Source: an uncultured Candidatus Saccharibacteria bacterium (GTDB lineage Bacteria; Patescibacteriota; Saccharimonadia; Saccharimonadales; EFPC-124). Taken from it: DNA of 64,000 nucleotides. Under the pieces are notes generated by a model, which did not search any database, had not been told where the DNA came from, and saw only the letters and a program-made list of their open reading frames with translations. The stretch covers positions 19,653 to 83,652 of the forward strand of contig CAZJVU010000002.1 of the NCBI GenBank assembly GCA_964550035.1, read 5' to 3'. The position numbers and the translations under genes are program-made. This document shows, piece after piece, positions 45,298 through 55,571 of this stretch (positions within the stretch are counted from its first letter, which is position 1; each line of letters begins with the position of its first letter).

Positions 45298-46221
45298 ATG
45301 ACAGCAGCGCTTCTATTACTATTGGTAAAAATTACCCCACTATACGGTATTGCGGTAGGTGGATTCTTTGCCGGTCGACACCTGAAGTTGCAGCGCGAGA
45401 CGCTCGCCACGCTGCTGCTTTACTTCGTTGCGCCAGTAGTGTTCTTCTTCAGTGTCGTTGACGCCGAGCAGAGCTGGCACCAGATTCTGCTCGTGCCTGT
45501 GTTTCTTGGGCTGGGCTCGCTGCTTGGGTTGCTCGTCTATGCCAGCGCCCGTAATTGGTATTCGGCGTCAGAGCGCGGCATGCTTGGCTTTATTGCTGGC
45601 TCTGGCAACACCGGTTATTTCGGCATACCTCTCGTAGCCATGCTCCTTGGACCCGAAGCGCTTGTGGCTGCGGTTATGATCACTATTGGCCTCGATCTGT
45701 TCCAATTCACCCTCGGCTATTACCTCATGGCCAAGCACGATGCACGTCCTCGTGAAGCTGTTCGGAAGATCGTGAGTAGCCCGGTGATTTGGGCATTTGT
45801 GCTGGGCGTGCTATTCGTACAGACTGGCTGGCAGTTGCCACCAGCAATTACAGATATTGCTCAGCATTTCAAAGGAGCGTACATCGTGCTTGGTATGCTC
45901 GTTGTCGGCCTCGGGCTCAGCGGGCTCAGCCGAAAAGTGCTCGACATACGCTTCGTAACGGCAGCTTTTGCGGCTAAATTTGTGCTCTTTCCACTCTGTG
46001 TATGCGCACTCGTGGCAATCGACGAACAGTGGCTCCACGGGTTTACGCCAGTGGTCCACCGAACGATGCTCTTACTCTCGCTGGTGCCAATCGCATCAGA
46101 TACCGTTGCATTCGCCACCGTGCTCGGCGTTCATCCGCAAAAAGCAGCACACACCGTTATGCTGAGCTCGTTATTCGCGGTGCTTTATATTCCGATACTC
46201 GCAATGCTCTTCAAGCTCTAG
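45298..46221 (+). CDS. AEC-family (auxin efflux carrier / malate permease-like) membrane transporter
   Basis: About 10 TM helices arranged as two 5-TM repeats, typical of AEC family. Confidence 0.75.
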   Translation: MTAALLLLLVKITPLYGIAVGGFFAGRHLKLQRETLATLLLYFVAPVVFFFSVVDAEQSWHQILLVPVFLGLGSLLGLLVYASARNWYSASERGMLGFIAGSGNTGYFGIPLVAMLLGPEALVAAVMITIGLDLFQFTLGYYLMAKHDARPREAVRKIVSSPVIWAFVLGVLFVQTGWQLPPAITDIAQHFKGAYIVLGMLVVGLGLSGLSRKVLDIRFVTAAFAAKFVLFPLCVCALVAIDEQWLHGFTPVVHRTMLLLSLVPIASDTVAFATVLGVHPQKAAHTVMLSSLFAVLYIPILAMLFKL

Positions 46222-46251
46222 CCGTACTTTATATATAATGTCATTCATGTG

Positions 46252-46293
46252 CCGCGACACGGTCCTGCCCAGTGGGCGGGAACCGTGTCGCGG
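46252..46293. terminator. GC-rich hairpin between convergent transporter genes
   Basis: 11 bp perfect stem CCGCGACACGG/CCGTGTCGCGG with a 20 nt loop. Confidence 0.4.
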
Positions 46294-46410
46294 GGACGGC
46301 CCTAGTGCTTGCAGAGACCGTAGTCCGAGATCTGCTTCGCGGTGGCTGCGTCTTCAGGAAGTAGGTGTTGTCGGCGTCCTGCGTCGAGAGACGATCAGCC
46401 GCGAAAGTCA

Positions 46411-48111
46411 CTAAGCTGCGTGCTCAGCAGAGCTCATCTTGAACTTGCGGGGAAGTAGGAAGCTCAGTGTTACCGTCACGATCAGCAGAACAAAGACATA
46501 CACAACGGCCCAGCGGAATGCCGTCGCAAAGTTGTCGGCATTTGCCTTCTTAACACCGCTACTGATGACATCGCCAATTTTTTGCGCGGCGGGGTTGTTT
46601 GCAGGGGAGCTGGATTCGAGCTGCTTACAGCTTTCAGGAGTTTCGCTCGTATCTTTCTGTTTCGAGCGGTCATCGTAGCAGGCGCGCGAACCTTGAATGA
46701 TCGTATCCTGTGTCTGAGCAGGAATATGTGCCGCGGTCAATTCTTGGCGAATCTGCGGCGCGACATTGTCAAAGCTCTTGGCTGCACCATTGCTCAGCTG
46801 ACCAAAGAAGATCACGCCGATGACAGCCACGCCTACCGCTGCACCAACCTGCTGTACCGCGTTCAGGATGCCTGAGGCAGAACCAGCGTGGCCCGCATCG
46901 ACGTCCTGCAGTGCAGCACTAAAGATAGGAATCATAATGAGCGACATGCCCACGCCCAGCACGAGCAGGCCTGGCGCCAAATGCCACGGCGTGGTGTCGA
47001 GGCCAAAGTGCGTAACCACCCACGCCGCATAGAGAAGCGCCGCGCCATACACACCGGCACCGATACCGATAACCGAACGGCCGAATTTCATGACCAACTT
47101 CTGACCAAGTACCACAAACCCAACCGTCATTCCAACCGCCGTCGGCACGCCAGTCAGCGCTGCTTTCAGGACGTCATACCCCAAACCAACCTGCATGACC
47201 AGCGTGATCGTCAGGAAGTAGCCGATCATCACAGACTGCACAATAATATTGAGCAGCAAACCAGTCGAGAATGTACGGACACGGAAGAGCGACGGAACGA
47301 TCAGCGCCGATTTGTCACGGCGATCCTTCCGAATCTCGTACCACGCAAATAGTCCCAGCGCAGGCACGGCAGCAGCGAGCATCACAATCGTCCAGATCGG
47401 CCAGTCAAGCTCGCGACCTTCGATGAGCGGGAAGATAAGCAGGCTCAATGCCACGATAATAAGCAGCGTGCCCTTGATGTCGAGATGGAGCGGATGGACC
47501 GATTTGCCATTAGGCAAGAACTTCCAACCAGCGATCAACGCAAAGATACCAACCGGCAGGTTGATCAGGAAGATTGGGCGCCAATCGAGCCCAAAGAGGT
47601 TCCACTCGATAAGCAGACCGCCAATGATCGGACCGAGCGCGGCGCTCAGTCCGCCCAGCATTCCAAAGAGTCCCATTACACCAGCGCGTTCTTTTGGCTT
47701 GAACATCACCTGCATGAGTGACATCACCTGCGGCACCATCAGCGCAGCCATTGAGCCCTGGAAGAGGCGCGCGCCGACCAAGAATTCGACGTTCGATGCA
47801 ATACCTGCAAGCAGTGACGCCAGGGTAAACCCTGCAACACCGAACATGAATACTTTTTTGTACCCGAAAACATCGCCCATACGCCCACCAGTGATGAGCA
47901 GGAGCGCAAATGTCAACGAGTACCCAGCGATCAGCCACTGAATAGCGGCATAGCTGGCGCCAAGATTGCCTTGAATAGACGGAATCGCGATGTTTACAAT
48001 CGTCGAGTCCAATAGGTCCATCACAAAAGCGAATGCGACAATGAGTAGCGCAAGCTTCTTTTGCTTCGGAGTAAATGTAGCCGCATGATGTTCGGCAGCT
48101 GCATGAGCCAT
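46411..48111 (-). CDS. MFS transporter, DHA2 (14-TMS drug:H+ antiporter) family
   Basis: LLIVAFAFVMDLLDSTIVNIAIPSIQ...GGRMGDVFGYKKVF are DHA2 signature motifs. Confidence 0.85.
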   Translation of the reverse strand: MAHAAAEHHAATFTPKQKKLALLIVAFAFVMDLLDSTIVNIAIPSIQGNLGASYAAIQWLIAGYSLTFALLLITGGRMGDVFGYKKVFMFGVAGFTLASLLAGIASNVEFLVGARLFQGSMAALMVPQVMSLMQVMFKPKERAGVMGLFGMLGGLSAALGPIIGGLLIEWNLFGLDWRPIFLINLPVGIFALIAGWKFLPNGKSVHPLHLDIKGTLLIIVALSLLIFPLIEGRELDWPIWTIVMLAAAVPALGLFAWYEIRKDRRDKSALIVPSLFRVRTFSTGLLLNIIVQSVMIGYFLTITLVMQVGLGYDVLKAALTGVPTAVGMTVGFVVLGQKLVMKFGRSVIGIGAGVYGAALLYAAWVVTHFGLDTTPWHLAPGLLVLGVGMSLIMIPIFSAALQDVDAGHAGSASGILNAVQQVGAAVGVAVIGVIFFGQLSNGAAKSFDNVAPQIRQELTAAHIPAQTQDTIIQGSRACYDDRSKQKDTSETPESCKQLESSSPANNPAAQKIGDVISSGVKKANADNFATAFRWAVVYVFVLLIVTVTLSFLLPRKFKMSSAEHAA

Positions 48112-48280
48112 AAACGTTTCCTTTATTTAGTTGTTAGCTTCAAATATGTATGTTTGTCACAAAACAATGTTGCCATAGTACTACAATTAACCCTTCTCGA
48201 ACAGTAGTCTCTCAGTTTTTATCATATGCAAAACGGCGAGCCATAACACGGCTCGCCGTTTTAAACCGTTCGTCTCCTCG

Positions 48281-49234
48281 CTAGCGTTTGTGGAGCAGCT
48301 GCTCGTAGGTGCAGTAACCGCCATTCTGATCACACGGTGCTACTTGCTCGAACTCCGAACCGTTGTACTTCTCGTAGTCTACGGCCGCAGTTGCGTCAGC
48401 AGTGTTTTTGAAGATTGCCACAATAACCTGCTGGTCAGTGTTGATGCGATCGGGGGTAATCGTCTCTGAATGGCTCAACGCGTCGCCCGTTGCGCGGTAT
48501 TTGATCGACACGTGGTCGCCGACTTTAATGTCTTTGAGTGTGAGTCGGTTTGGGCTCTGGTAGACAAAGACGTCAGGGTCGATGTGGTTGAATGTCTGGT
48601 TGATAGTACGCAGCTCGGTGTTGTACGGAATAACCGACTTAATGCTGATCGATGTGTCGTTGATGGCAGTCACTTCGCTATCGATATAACCGCCGACAAC
48701 GGTGTTTTTGTTGAGGGGGTTCTTATCGAGCGCGGTCTGCAAAGCTTTTTGGTCAAACGTTGCCTGTTCCTGAGCAAAACAGTTACCTCGGACCATTTGT
48801 ACAACTTGTTCGTTCGTCAGCTTGGATCCAGCCTTCAGCCGATAGTACATGGTGTTGTGCTTGTCCTGGCGCTTTTCAAGCTCTGGCATGTTAAATGCGT
48901 GCGGGTCGAGACAGTTGTCGGTATCGACGCGGACGATACGGTCGCCATTCGGCAGATCGTGTTGCCCGCCAAAGAGAGCACTCACGCCAGGCCAGCCGCC
49001 AACAGCTGCGAATGCGACCGTGCCGCTCGCCACAACAGCCACGACTAATGCCGCCGTTGCGATCATTGGTTTTGTAAAGAGTTTCATATGATGCACCTCC
49101 ATGATGCGCGCGATGCCGCGATGCCTAGGGCGCTGGCTCACGCGGTCAATTACGTTATGGGTGAACTCTGCCCGTAACGGTCGGTGTGGTTTAGGGCCAC
49201 CGCTACGCGCAAATAGCTTTTCTATATCTGTCAT
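48281..49234 (-). CDS. membrane-anchored anti-sigma factor (single TM, extracytoplasmic domain)
   Basis: ATG overlaps the ECF sigma stop as ATGA, with AAGGAG SD. Short cytoplasmic N-terminus, one TM, large extracytoplasmic domain. Confidence 0.6.
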   Translation of the reverse strand: MTDIEKLFARSGGPKPHRPLRAEFTHNVIDRVSQRPRHRGIARIMEVHHMKLFTKPMIATAALVVAVVASGTVAFAAVGGWPGVSALFGGQHDLPNGDRIVRVDTDNCLDPHAFNMPELEKRQDKHNTMYYRLKAGSKLTNEQVVQMVRGNCFAQEQATFDQKALQTALDKNPLNKNTVVGGYIDSEVTAINDTSISIKSVIPYNTELRTINQTFNHIDPDVFVYQSPNRLTLKDIKVGDHVSIKYRATGDALSHSETITPDRINTDQQVIVAIFKNTADATAAVDYEKYNGSEFEQVAPCDQNGGYCTYEQLLHKR

Positions 49235-49764
49235 AGCAGCTCCTTTCTGAGTTGATCTTTCGCTCTGCTCATCCATCCACGAACCGAGCCAATCGGCACC
49301 GACAGTACGCCGGCGATCTCTTGGTAGCTCAATCCTTGCCAGTAGTACAGACTCACCACCGCACGCTGGTTCGCGTTCAGCCGAGCAACCGCCTCGTGCA
49401 GCTCACCGTATTCCGCGGATACATCTGGTCCCGGGTGTGAGCTGGCAACGCTTGCGATGAGTTCGTCATCGGCGGCGATTTCACGACCGGCTTTCTTGAG
49501 CCAGGTGAGCGCTTTGTTGGTTGCGATTTTAAACAGCCATGTACTGAGTCGGTACTCCGGCTTGTACAAATGCAGCTTATAGTACGCGGCGATGAATGTC
49601 TCTTGCGCCAGATCCTCTGCCACATCTTCGTCACGGACAATTGCAAAACAATGGTGATACAATGCGTTTTTATAATGATCAACCAGCTCGCCGTAAGCCA
49701 GGTGGTCGCCGTTTAGTGATCGCTCTATGAGCGTATGTTCATCAATAGCTTGCACACTATACAT
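49231..49764 (-). CDS. ECF-type RNA polymerase sigma-70 family factor
   Basis: Region 2 (ETFIAAYYKL...TWLFKIATN) and region 4 HTH (QGLSYQEIAGVLSVPIGSVRGWMSRA). Confidence 0.85.
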   Translation of the reverse strand: MYSVQAIDEHTLIERSLNGDHLAYGELVDHYKNALYHHCFAIVRDEDVAEDLAQETFIAAYYKLHLYKPEYRLSTWLFKIATNKALTWLKKAGREIAADDELIASVASSHPGPDVSAEYGELHEAVARLNANQRAVVSLYYWQGLSYQEIAGVLSVPIGSVRGWMSRAKDQLRKELL

Positions 49765-49807
49765 ACACCGCCAACAAGCATAAAGTTACAGGCAGGAGGA
49801 ATTTCAT

Positions 49808-50194
49808 ATGTTTAAGGATAGCAAAGCATTTAGCGGGTTCTCAGTGGATGATATCGAGGCAGCCAAAAAATTTTATGGCGAGACACTGGGCCTGCCCGTC
49901 GAAGAACAGGGTGGTATGGGCCTCGAACTATCGCTTGGATCGGGCGCAAAAGTACTTATCTACCCCAAGCCAAACCACCAGCCAGCGTCGTTCACCATCC
50001 TGAACTTTCCTGTCGATGACGTCGACGCGGCAGTCGACGAGCTCACGAGCAAAGGCGTGGAGTTCGAACACTACGACGAAGGCATGATGAAGACCGACGA
50101 AAAAGGCATCGCCCGTCCCGAGTCGCCAGACCAAGGCCCAACCATCGCGTGGTTTAAGGACCCGGCGGGGAATACCCTTTCGGTGCTCCACTAA
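49808..50194 (+). CDS. VOC-family protein (glyoxalase/bleomycin-resistance fold)
   Basis: [12 protein letters not shown] and C-terminal [12 protein letters not shown] are typical VOC motifs. Confidence 0.8.
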   Translation: MFKDSKAFSGFSVDDIEAAKKFYGETLGLPVEEQGGMGLELSLGSGAKVLIYPKPNHQPASFTILNFPVDDVDAAVDELTSKGVEFEHYDEGMMKTDEKGIARPESPDQGPTIAWFKDPAGNTLSVLH

Positions 50195-50303
50195 TCAACG
50201 TAATATCTACAATCTTCGTATCCAATCAATCGCTCGGCCTGTATGATTAGTGTAGACACACGAGTGGGGGTGAACACGTAACTTTGTAGGTTGTTTTTCT
50301 GTA

Positions 50304-51782
50304 ATGGGACAGGCTTTATACCGTAAATACCGATCCAAAAACCTTGCCGAAATGGTTGGGCAGGAGCATGTGACTGAAGCGCTTGGCAATGCCATAAAGA
50401 GCGGCCGTATTAGTCATGCGTATTTGTTTACGGGTCCGCGTGGCGTGGGCAAGACGAGCGCGGCGCGTATTCTGGCACACGAGATCAACCAGCTGCCCTA
50501 CGATGACTCGCAGCACCTCGACATCATCGAGATCGACGCTGCCAGCAACCGCCGTATCGACGATATCCGCGACCTGCGCGACAAGGTGCATATTGCGCCG
50601 ACAAGCTCGACGTTCAAAGTCTACATCATCGACGAGGTACACATGCTGACCGGCGAATCGTTCAATGCGCTCCTTAAGACGCTCGAGGAGCCGCCGGAAC
50701 ATGTTGTGTTTATCTTGGCCACGACCGAGGTACACAAGCTACCGGCGACCATTGTTAGCCGCACGCAGCGCTTCAATTTCCGACTTGTCGAGGCACAAAA
50801 AGTCATCACACATCTCAAATCAATTGCCCAGAAGGAGAAGATCGAAGTTGACGACGATGCGCTTGAGCTTATTGCTGACCACGGCGAGGGAAGCTTCCGA
50901 GATAGTATCAACCTACTCGACCAGCTCGCCAATGTGACCGGCAGAAAGATCACCGCCGAAAGCGTCGAGCGCAGCTTGGGCCTTGCCTCGAAGAAGGCGA
51001 TCGAGGCACTGGCTGGGTCGCTCCTCAAGAAAGATTTTGCCGATGCCAATAAGCAACTCACCGAGCTCGAGAATCAAGGCACCAATACTGCGTCGCTCAT
51101 TCCGCAGCTCACCCGATATCTCCAAAGTCTTGCGCCCAAACACACCGAACTATACCGGCTGCTCGACGAACTGATCGAAGTACCGCGCTCATACAACCCG
51201 AAGCTCAAGCTCCGCACCACACTGACAAAATTTGCATTGCCTGAACAGAAAAGCACGCCGACTGCGGCGCCAGTCAGCCATAAACCGACGCCCGTCGCAG
51301 CACCAAGGCCAATCCTGCACGTCGAGAAGCCTCAGCCCAAACCTGCCCCGAAGAAATCGTCCACCGAAGAACCGCAAAAAGCCGTGGGTAATAAGCTCGA
51401 GACTATCAGCGATGACCAGTGGGCGCAGCTACTCGCTCGCACCAAGGAAGAAAGCGCGCCACTATACGGCATGCTCCGCCAGGGTCGGCCTGATTTTGAT
51501 GAGGCGTCACAAACCCTGACGCTCACGTTCCGCTACGCACTTCACCAAAAGCGCATTGATGAGGCCAAGTCAAAAAAGACGATCGCCGATATCATGCTCG
51601 AAGTGCTTGGTGGCGCACCGATCATCAAAACAGCAGTCGACGCAGCCGTTGTGGCGCCTGATGTTGCCATCGAAACCGCATCACCAGCGCCTAAAGCCGA
51701 AGCGCCAAAACCGCCCGTCGATGAGGTCGCGAAGTCAGTAATAGATATGATGGGCGGGGGAGAGGTCGTCAATAATGCCTAG
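50304..51782 (+). CDS. dnaX: DNA polymerase III subunit gamma/tau
   Basis: GPRGVGKTS Walker A, DEVHML Walker B, SRTQRF sensor. Confidence 0.9.
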   Translation: MGQALYRKYRSKNLAEMVGQEHVTEALGNAIKSGRISHAYLFTGPRGVGKTSAARILAHEINQLPYDDSQHLDIIEIDAASNRRIDDIRDLRDKVHIAPTSSTFKVYIIDEVHMLTGESFNALLKTLEEPPEHVVFILATTEVHKLPATIVSRTQRFNFRLVEAQKVITHLKSIAQKEKIEVDDDALELIADHGEGSFRDSINLLDQLANVTGRKITAESVERSLGLASKKAIEALAGSLLKKDFADANKQLTELENQGTNTASLIPQLTRYLQSLAPKHTELYRLLDELIEVPRSYNPKLKLRTTLTKFALPEQKSTPTAAPVSHKPTPVAAPRPILHVEKPQPKPAPKKSSTEEPQKAVGNKLETISDDQWAQLLARTKEESAPLYGMLRQGRPDFDEASQTLTLTFRYALHQKRIDEAKSKKTIADIMLEVLGGAPIIKTAVDAAVVAPDVAIETASPAPKAEAPKPPVDEVAKSVIDMMGGGEVVNNA

Positions 51783-53151
51783 CAAAAAAGACTACGAAGA
51801 TAAACCAAGGCGCACCAACGCCGCGGCAAAAATCCCGCCGCAGAACCTCGACGCCGAAGTGAGCTTGCTCGGTGCGGTGTTGATTGACGAAGACGTGCTC
51901 ACACGGGTGAGTGATATTATCCACGTCGATGACTTCTATGACAAACGCCACAAGGCTATCTTTGGTGGCATGCTCAAACTCTATGAATCGCACCGCCCCG
52001 TGGATCTCCTGACCCTGAGCGACGAGCTAAAGAAAAAGGAAGAGCTGGAGATGGTCGGCGGCATGGATTACATCACCGAGCTCACCAACATGGTGCCGAC
52101 CGCCGCACACGCCGAGCATTACGCCGAGATTATTACACAGAAAGCGATGCGCCGCCGGCTTATTAAGGTCGCAGGCGAAGTTGCCGAGCTTGGATACGAC
52201 GAAGAGAACCTGGTGGGTGAGCTGCTTGCGACTGCCGAAGCTGAAATCTTTGCGGTTAGCGACAAGAACCTCAAGAATGATCTCGTCAGCCTGGAACAAA
52301 TTCTAGGCGAAAGCTTTGACCGTCTCGACGAGCTCCACAAGAATAAAGGTAAGATTCGCGGCGTCCCAACAGGCTGGCGCGACCTCGACAACATGACGGC
52401 GGGGCTCCAGCGAAGCGACCTTGTCATCTTGGCAGCTCGCCCGGCGATGGGTAAAACCACGCTCGTAACCAATCTCGCCTACAACGTTGCCAGCAAGGCA
52501 AAGCAGGCCGTTTTGTTCTTCAGTCTCGAGATGAGCAAGGAACAGTTGGTCGATCGTATGCTGGCCGATGCCGCGGGCGTGGATAGCTGGAATATTCGAA
52601 CCGGCAACCTCAGCGATGAAGATTTCGAAAAACTCAGCAACGCCATGGGCGAAATGGCCGAGGCGCCAATCTTTATCGACGACACGCCCGGCGTGTCTGT
52701 GCTCGAAATGCGCACAAAAGCGCGCCGCCAAGCGCACACGCATCCGCTGGGACTCATCATCGTCGACTACTTGCAGCTGATGCAGGGGAGTGGCTCGCGA
52801 AATAGCGATAACCGCGTGCAAGAGGTAAGTGAAATTTCGCGCGGTCTCAAGCTGATCGCCCGCGAGCTGAACGTGCCCGTCATTGCCCTCAGTCAGCTTT
52901 CTCGTTCAGTTGAGTCGCGCAGCCCACAGATCCCACAACTGGCTGACCTCCGCGAATCAGGCTCCATCGAGCAGGATGCCGACATCGTTATGTTTATCTA
53001 CCGCGAACAGTACTACAAGCCAGAGACCGAGCGCCAAAACATCACGGACCTCATCATCGCTAAGCACCGTAACGGACCAGTCGGTAAGGTTGAGCTATTC
53101 TTCCACCCAGAGCGATTGAAGTTTATGACGCTTGATAAGTACCACGAGTAG
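51775..53151 (+). CDS. dnaB: replicative DNA helicase DnaB
   Basis: LLGAVLIDEDV N-terminal domain. AARPAMGKTT Walker A. RecA-like C-terminal domain. Confidence 0.95.
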   Translation: MPSKKDYEDKPRRTNAAAKIPPQNLDAEVSLLGAVLIDEDVLTRVSDIIHVDDFYDKRHKAIFGGMLKLYESHRPVDLLTLSDELKKKEELEMVGGMDYITELTNMVPTAAHAEHYAEIITQKAMRRRLIKVAGEVAELGYDEENLVGELLATAEAEIFAVSDKNLKNDLVSLEQILGESFDRLDELHKNKGKIRGVPTGWRDLDNMTAGLQRSDLVILAARPAMGKTTLVTNLAYNVASKAKQAVLFFSLEMSKEQLVDRMLADAAGVDSWNIRTGNLSDEDFEKLSNAMGEMAEAPIFIDDTPGVSVLEMRTKARRQAHTHPLGLIIVDYLQLMQGSGSRNSDNRVQEVSEISRGLKLIARELNVPVIALSQLSRSVESRSPQIPQLADLRESGSIEQDADIVMFIYREQYYKPETERQNITDLIIAKHRNGPVGKVELFFHPERLKFMTLDKYHE

Positions 53152-53154
53152 ATG

Positions 53155-53718
53155 CTACTTGGCGGATTGCATTGTTTTGACTGCCTCTTTGAATGATGCA
53201 AGCTGCATCGTCTCGAGGTTAGCGATAACCGCGTTGGAGCTACATGCCTGGTTTGGAGTCGTAAAAACGTAGTAGCTGCCTTCGAACTGAAAAACTGTGC
53301 TGCCGTTCGGCTTCAGTACGCTACCGTCCGGCTGCGTTGGGTCGAGAGTCCTACGAATGGTGCCGAATGGTGAACTTACCTTTGGGTCGCACGTGCCGCC
53401 AGATTTATCAATGAGTGTCTGCGTCGAAACACGGACGAGCGGATATGTGTTGGTTGCATCGTAATAGTACACCGCATCCTTTATCTCATTACTCAGCGTG
53501 AGCTTAATACCAAACTCTTTGATTTCGAGATACCGCTTCGACTCTGGGCTCTTGGTAGTAGCAGTACTTGTACTTTGTTCAGCGCTAGGCGTAGACGTGT
53601 GATTACTAGTATTACCGTAGACGCGCCAAACGAGAAATGCGGCCACCAGGAGTACTGTCGCCACAAAGGCAATGCCTACCAGTCCAAAACCCTCACTTGC
53701 CCTACGCGTTTTTTGCAT
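53155..53718 (-). CDS. hypothetical membrane-anchored / secreted protein
   Basis: AAGGAG SD then ATG at 53718. N-terminal TM (GLVGIAFVATVLLVAAFLV), then a soluble domain. Confidence 0.5.
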   Translation of the reverse strand: MQKTRRASEGFGLVGIAFVATVLLVAAFLVWRVYGNTSNHTSTPSAEQSTSTATTKSPESKRYLEIKEFGIKLTLSNEIKDAVYYYDATNTYPLVRVSTQTLIDKSGGTCDPKVSSPFGTIRRTLDPTQPDGSVLKPNGSTVFQFEGSYYVFTTPNQACSSNAVIANLETMQLASFKEAVKTMQSAK

Positions 53719-53884
53719 ATTTCTGCTCCTTTTGGCGTGAGCATAGCAGTGCTTGCCCTGGTCCGCAATAGCTAAAATGACTTTTAAAAAACGCTTGCAA
53801 ATCACGGGCAGCAAGCTATATCTTTTTGCTCAACGCCCAAGCCAATCGGTTTTGGGCGAGTACGTCACAGAAGAGGTGAGTCTA

Positions 53885-55438
53885 GTGAAGGCAAGAGCTA
53901 TCCTCCTTTGTTTGCTCATGGTACTGCTGAATGCAGCCATCGTAGCCGTCGCACCGACCTTCCCTGCATTTGCATGGACGAGCAGTGACAGCTATCCAGA
54001 CAAGTGGAAAGATCCCGCGCAAGATTCTACAACGGACGATTGGCGCCAGTTCAACCGCGAATGCACATCGTGGGTGGCCTGGGCGCTTCACTCACGTAAT
54101 GGGTTTGAGATGCCCATGGTCAAGGGTGCCTCTGGTGCCGCCGACTGGGGATACAAAGATCGTAGTGGTTATGGAGCAAATACGACGCCAACCGTAGGCT
54201 CGGTTGCCTGGTGGGACTATGGTACCGGCGTCGGGCATGTTGCCTGGGTAGCAGCTGTATCTGCCGACAAGAAAACTATCACTATCGAGGATTACAACGG
54301 TGTTGATAGCAATAAAAACGGTATGTATGGCGATGATGGCACCTACAGCATGCGAACCATCAACGCAGCCGCCCCAAAAGGCTACATCCACTTTAAGGAT
54401 CTCGACAATGCGAACTCCGAGAACGAGACCGTGCCGGTTCTCGCACCCCAAATCATCGCCCTCAAACGCACCGCCGACCCGAACGGTGTACGCCAGGTCT
54501 ACGCCGCAACGAACACGGCAGTGACCGAAGGGTGGTGGGTTCCTGGCGGCGATGGCGCGCACGTGCACGAGATCATCAAGATCGACCAGCACAACATCGT
54601 TGGATTTGACAAGGTGAACCTGCCGGGCGGAACTCAGGCGGTCTATACTGCGACGTCGAATGGTATATGGGAAACGTGGTGGAAACCCGACGGGAGCACT
54701 GGCCAAGGTCGGATTATTTCCGGCCTCAGCGGCGTGAAAGGCGTCGTCGCCTTCAATACTACTGAGAATGCGCAGTTTGTTCACCGCCTGTACATCCTAG
54801 CCGGCGATGGTCCGTACGAGGCATGGTGGAAGGACGGCGGTGACGGCATTCACTTGAGCTTGCTAGCAAGTATTTCGGGTGGAGTAACCTTCACGATGTC
54901 TGTCGGTCCTGATGGCACGATGCAACTCTATGTCGCCGTCCCAACATGGGTCTACGAGGTGTGGTGGCATCCCGGTTTGAACGACATTCACGTCGGGACG
55001 GTCATCAATATCGTGCAGGGTAACATCCGGAGTCTCAGCAAGGGCGACACCCTAAGCGACGGCATGCAGCTACTCTATACCGGGACGGCTACAACGGCCT
55101 GGCAGAGTGCATGGGGCGGTGGGCTCAGCGGCATCAGCAATGGCACCATCGCCACAGCTCAGGTCAATGCAGGTCAGATAAAGAAGACCGTCACCGATGG
55201 GACGCATCAGTTGTACCTAGCAACCGGCGACCACGTTCAAGAATATTGGTGGAACGACACTGCTAGCGGCGGTGGCGAGCTGATTCGCATCGCCCAAAAT
55301 AACATCGGTGCCATCGACAAAGTTAATGACGGTGGAGCGCAAGAGCTCTACACCGGCGCCGGCAACTGGGTCTACGAAACATGGTGGGGAGGGGGCCGAA
55401 CACCAAGCACAAACTCTCTGTTCTCCGTGGCACACTAA
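53885..55438 (+). CDS. secreted CHAP-domain peptidoglycan hydrolase fused to a 7-bladed beta-propeller of WW-containing repeats
   Basis: AGAGGTGAG then GTG. Signal peptide. CHAP Cys (ECTSWVAWAL) and His (GHVAWVAAV). Seven repeats of the form LY..T....E.WW. Confidence 0.7.
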   Translation: MKARAILLCLLMVLLNAAIVAVAPTFPAFAWTSSDSYPDKWKDPAQDSTTDDWRQFNRECTSWVAWALHSRNGFEMPMVKGASGAADWGYKDRSGYGANTTPTVGSVAWWDYGTGVGHVAWVAAVSADKKTITIEDYNGVDSNKNGMYGDDGTYSMRTINAAAPKGYIHFKDLDNANSENETVPVLAPQIIALKRTADPNGVRQVYAATNTAVTEGWWVPGGDGAHVHEIIKIDQHNIVGFDKVNLPGGTQAVYTATSNGIWETWWKPDGSTGQGRIISGLSGVKGVVAFNTTENAQFVHRLYILAGDGPYEAWWKDGGDGIHLSLLASISGGVTFTMSVGPDGTMQLYVAVPTWVYEVWWHPGLNDIHVGTVINIVQGNIRSLSKGDTLSDGMQLLYTGTATTAWQSAWGGGLSGISNGTIATAQVNAGQIKKTVTDGTHQLYLATGDHVQEYWWNDTASGGGELIRIAQNNIGAIDKVNDGGAQELYTGAGNWVYETWWGGGRTPSTNSLFSVAH

Positions 55439-55571
55439 GACAAATTACGGCGGGACGGTTTGGCCGGGCGGCTTACATACATCGCCCGGTCAACCATCAC
55501 CCCACGCAAAGTCATGAGCCGCTTATGGCATAGCTCATGTATAATATGTGTAAGTTACCTATGAGTATTCT

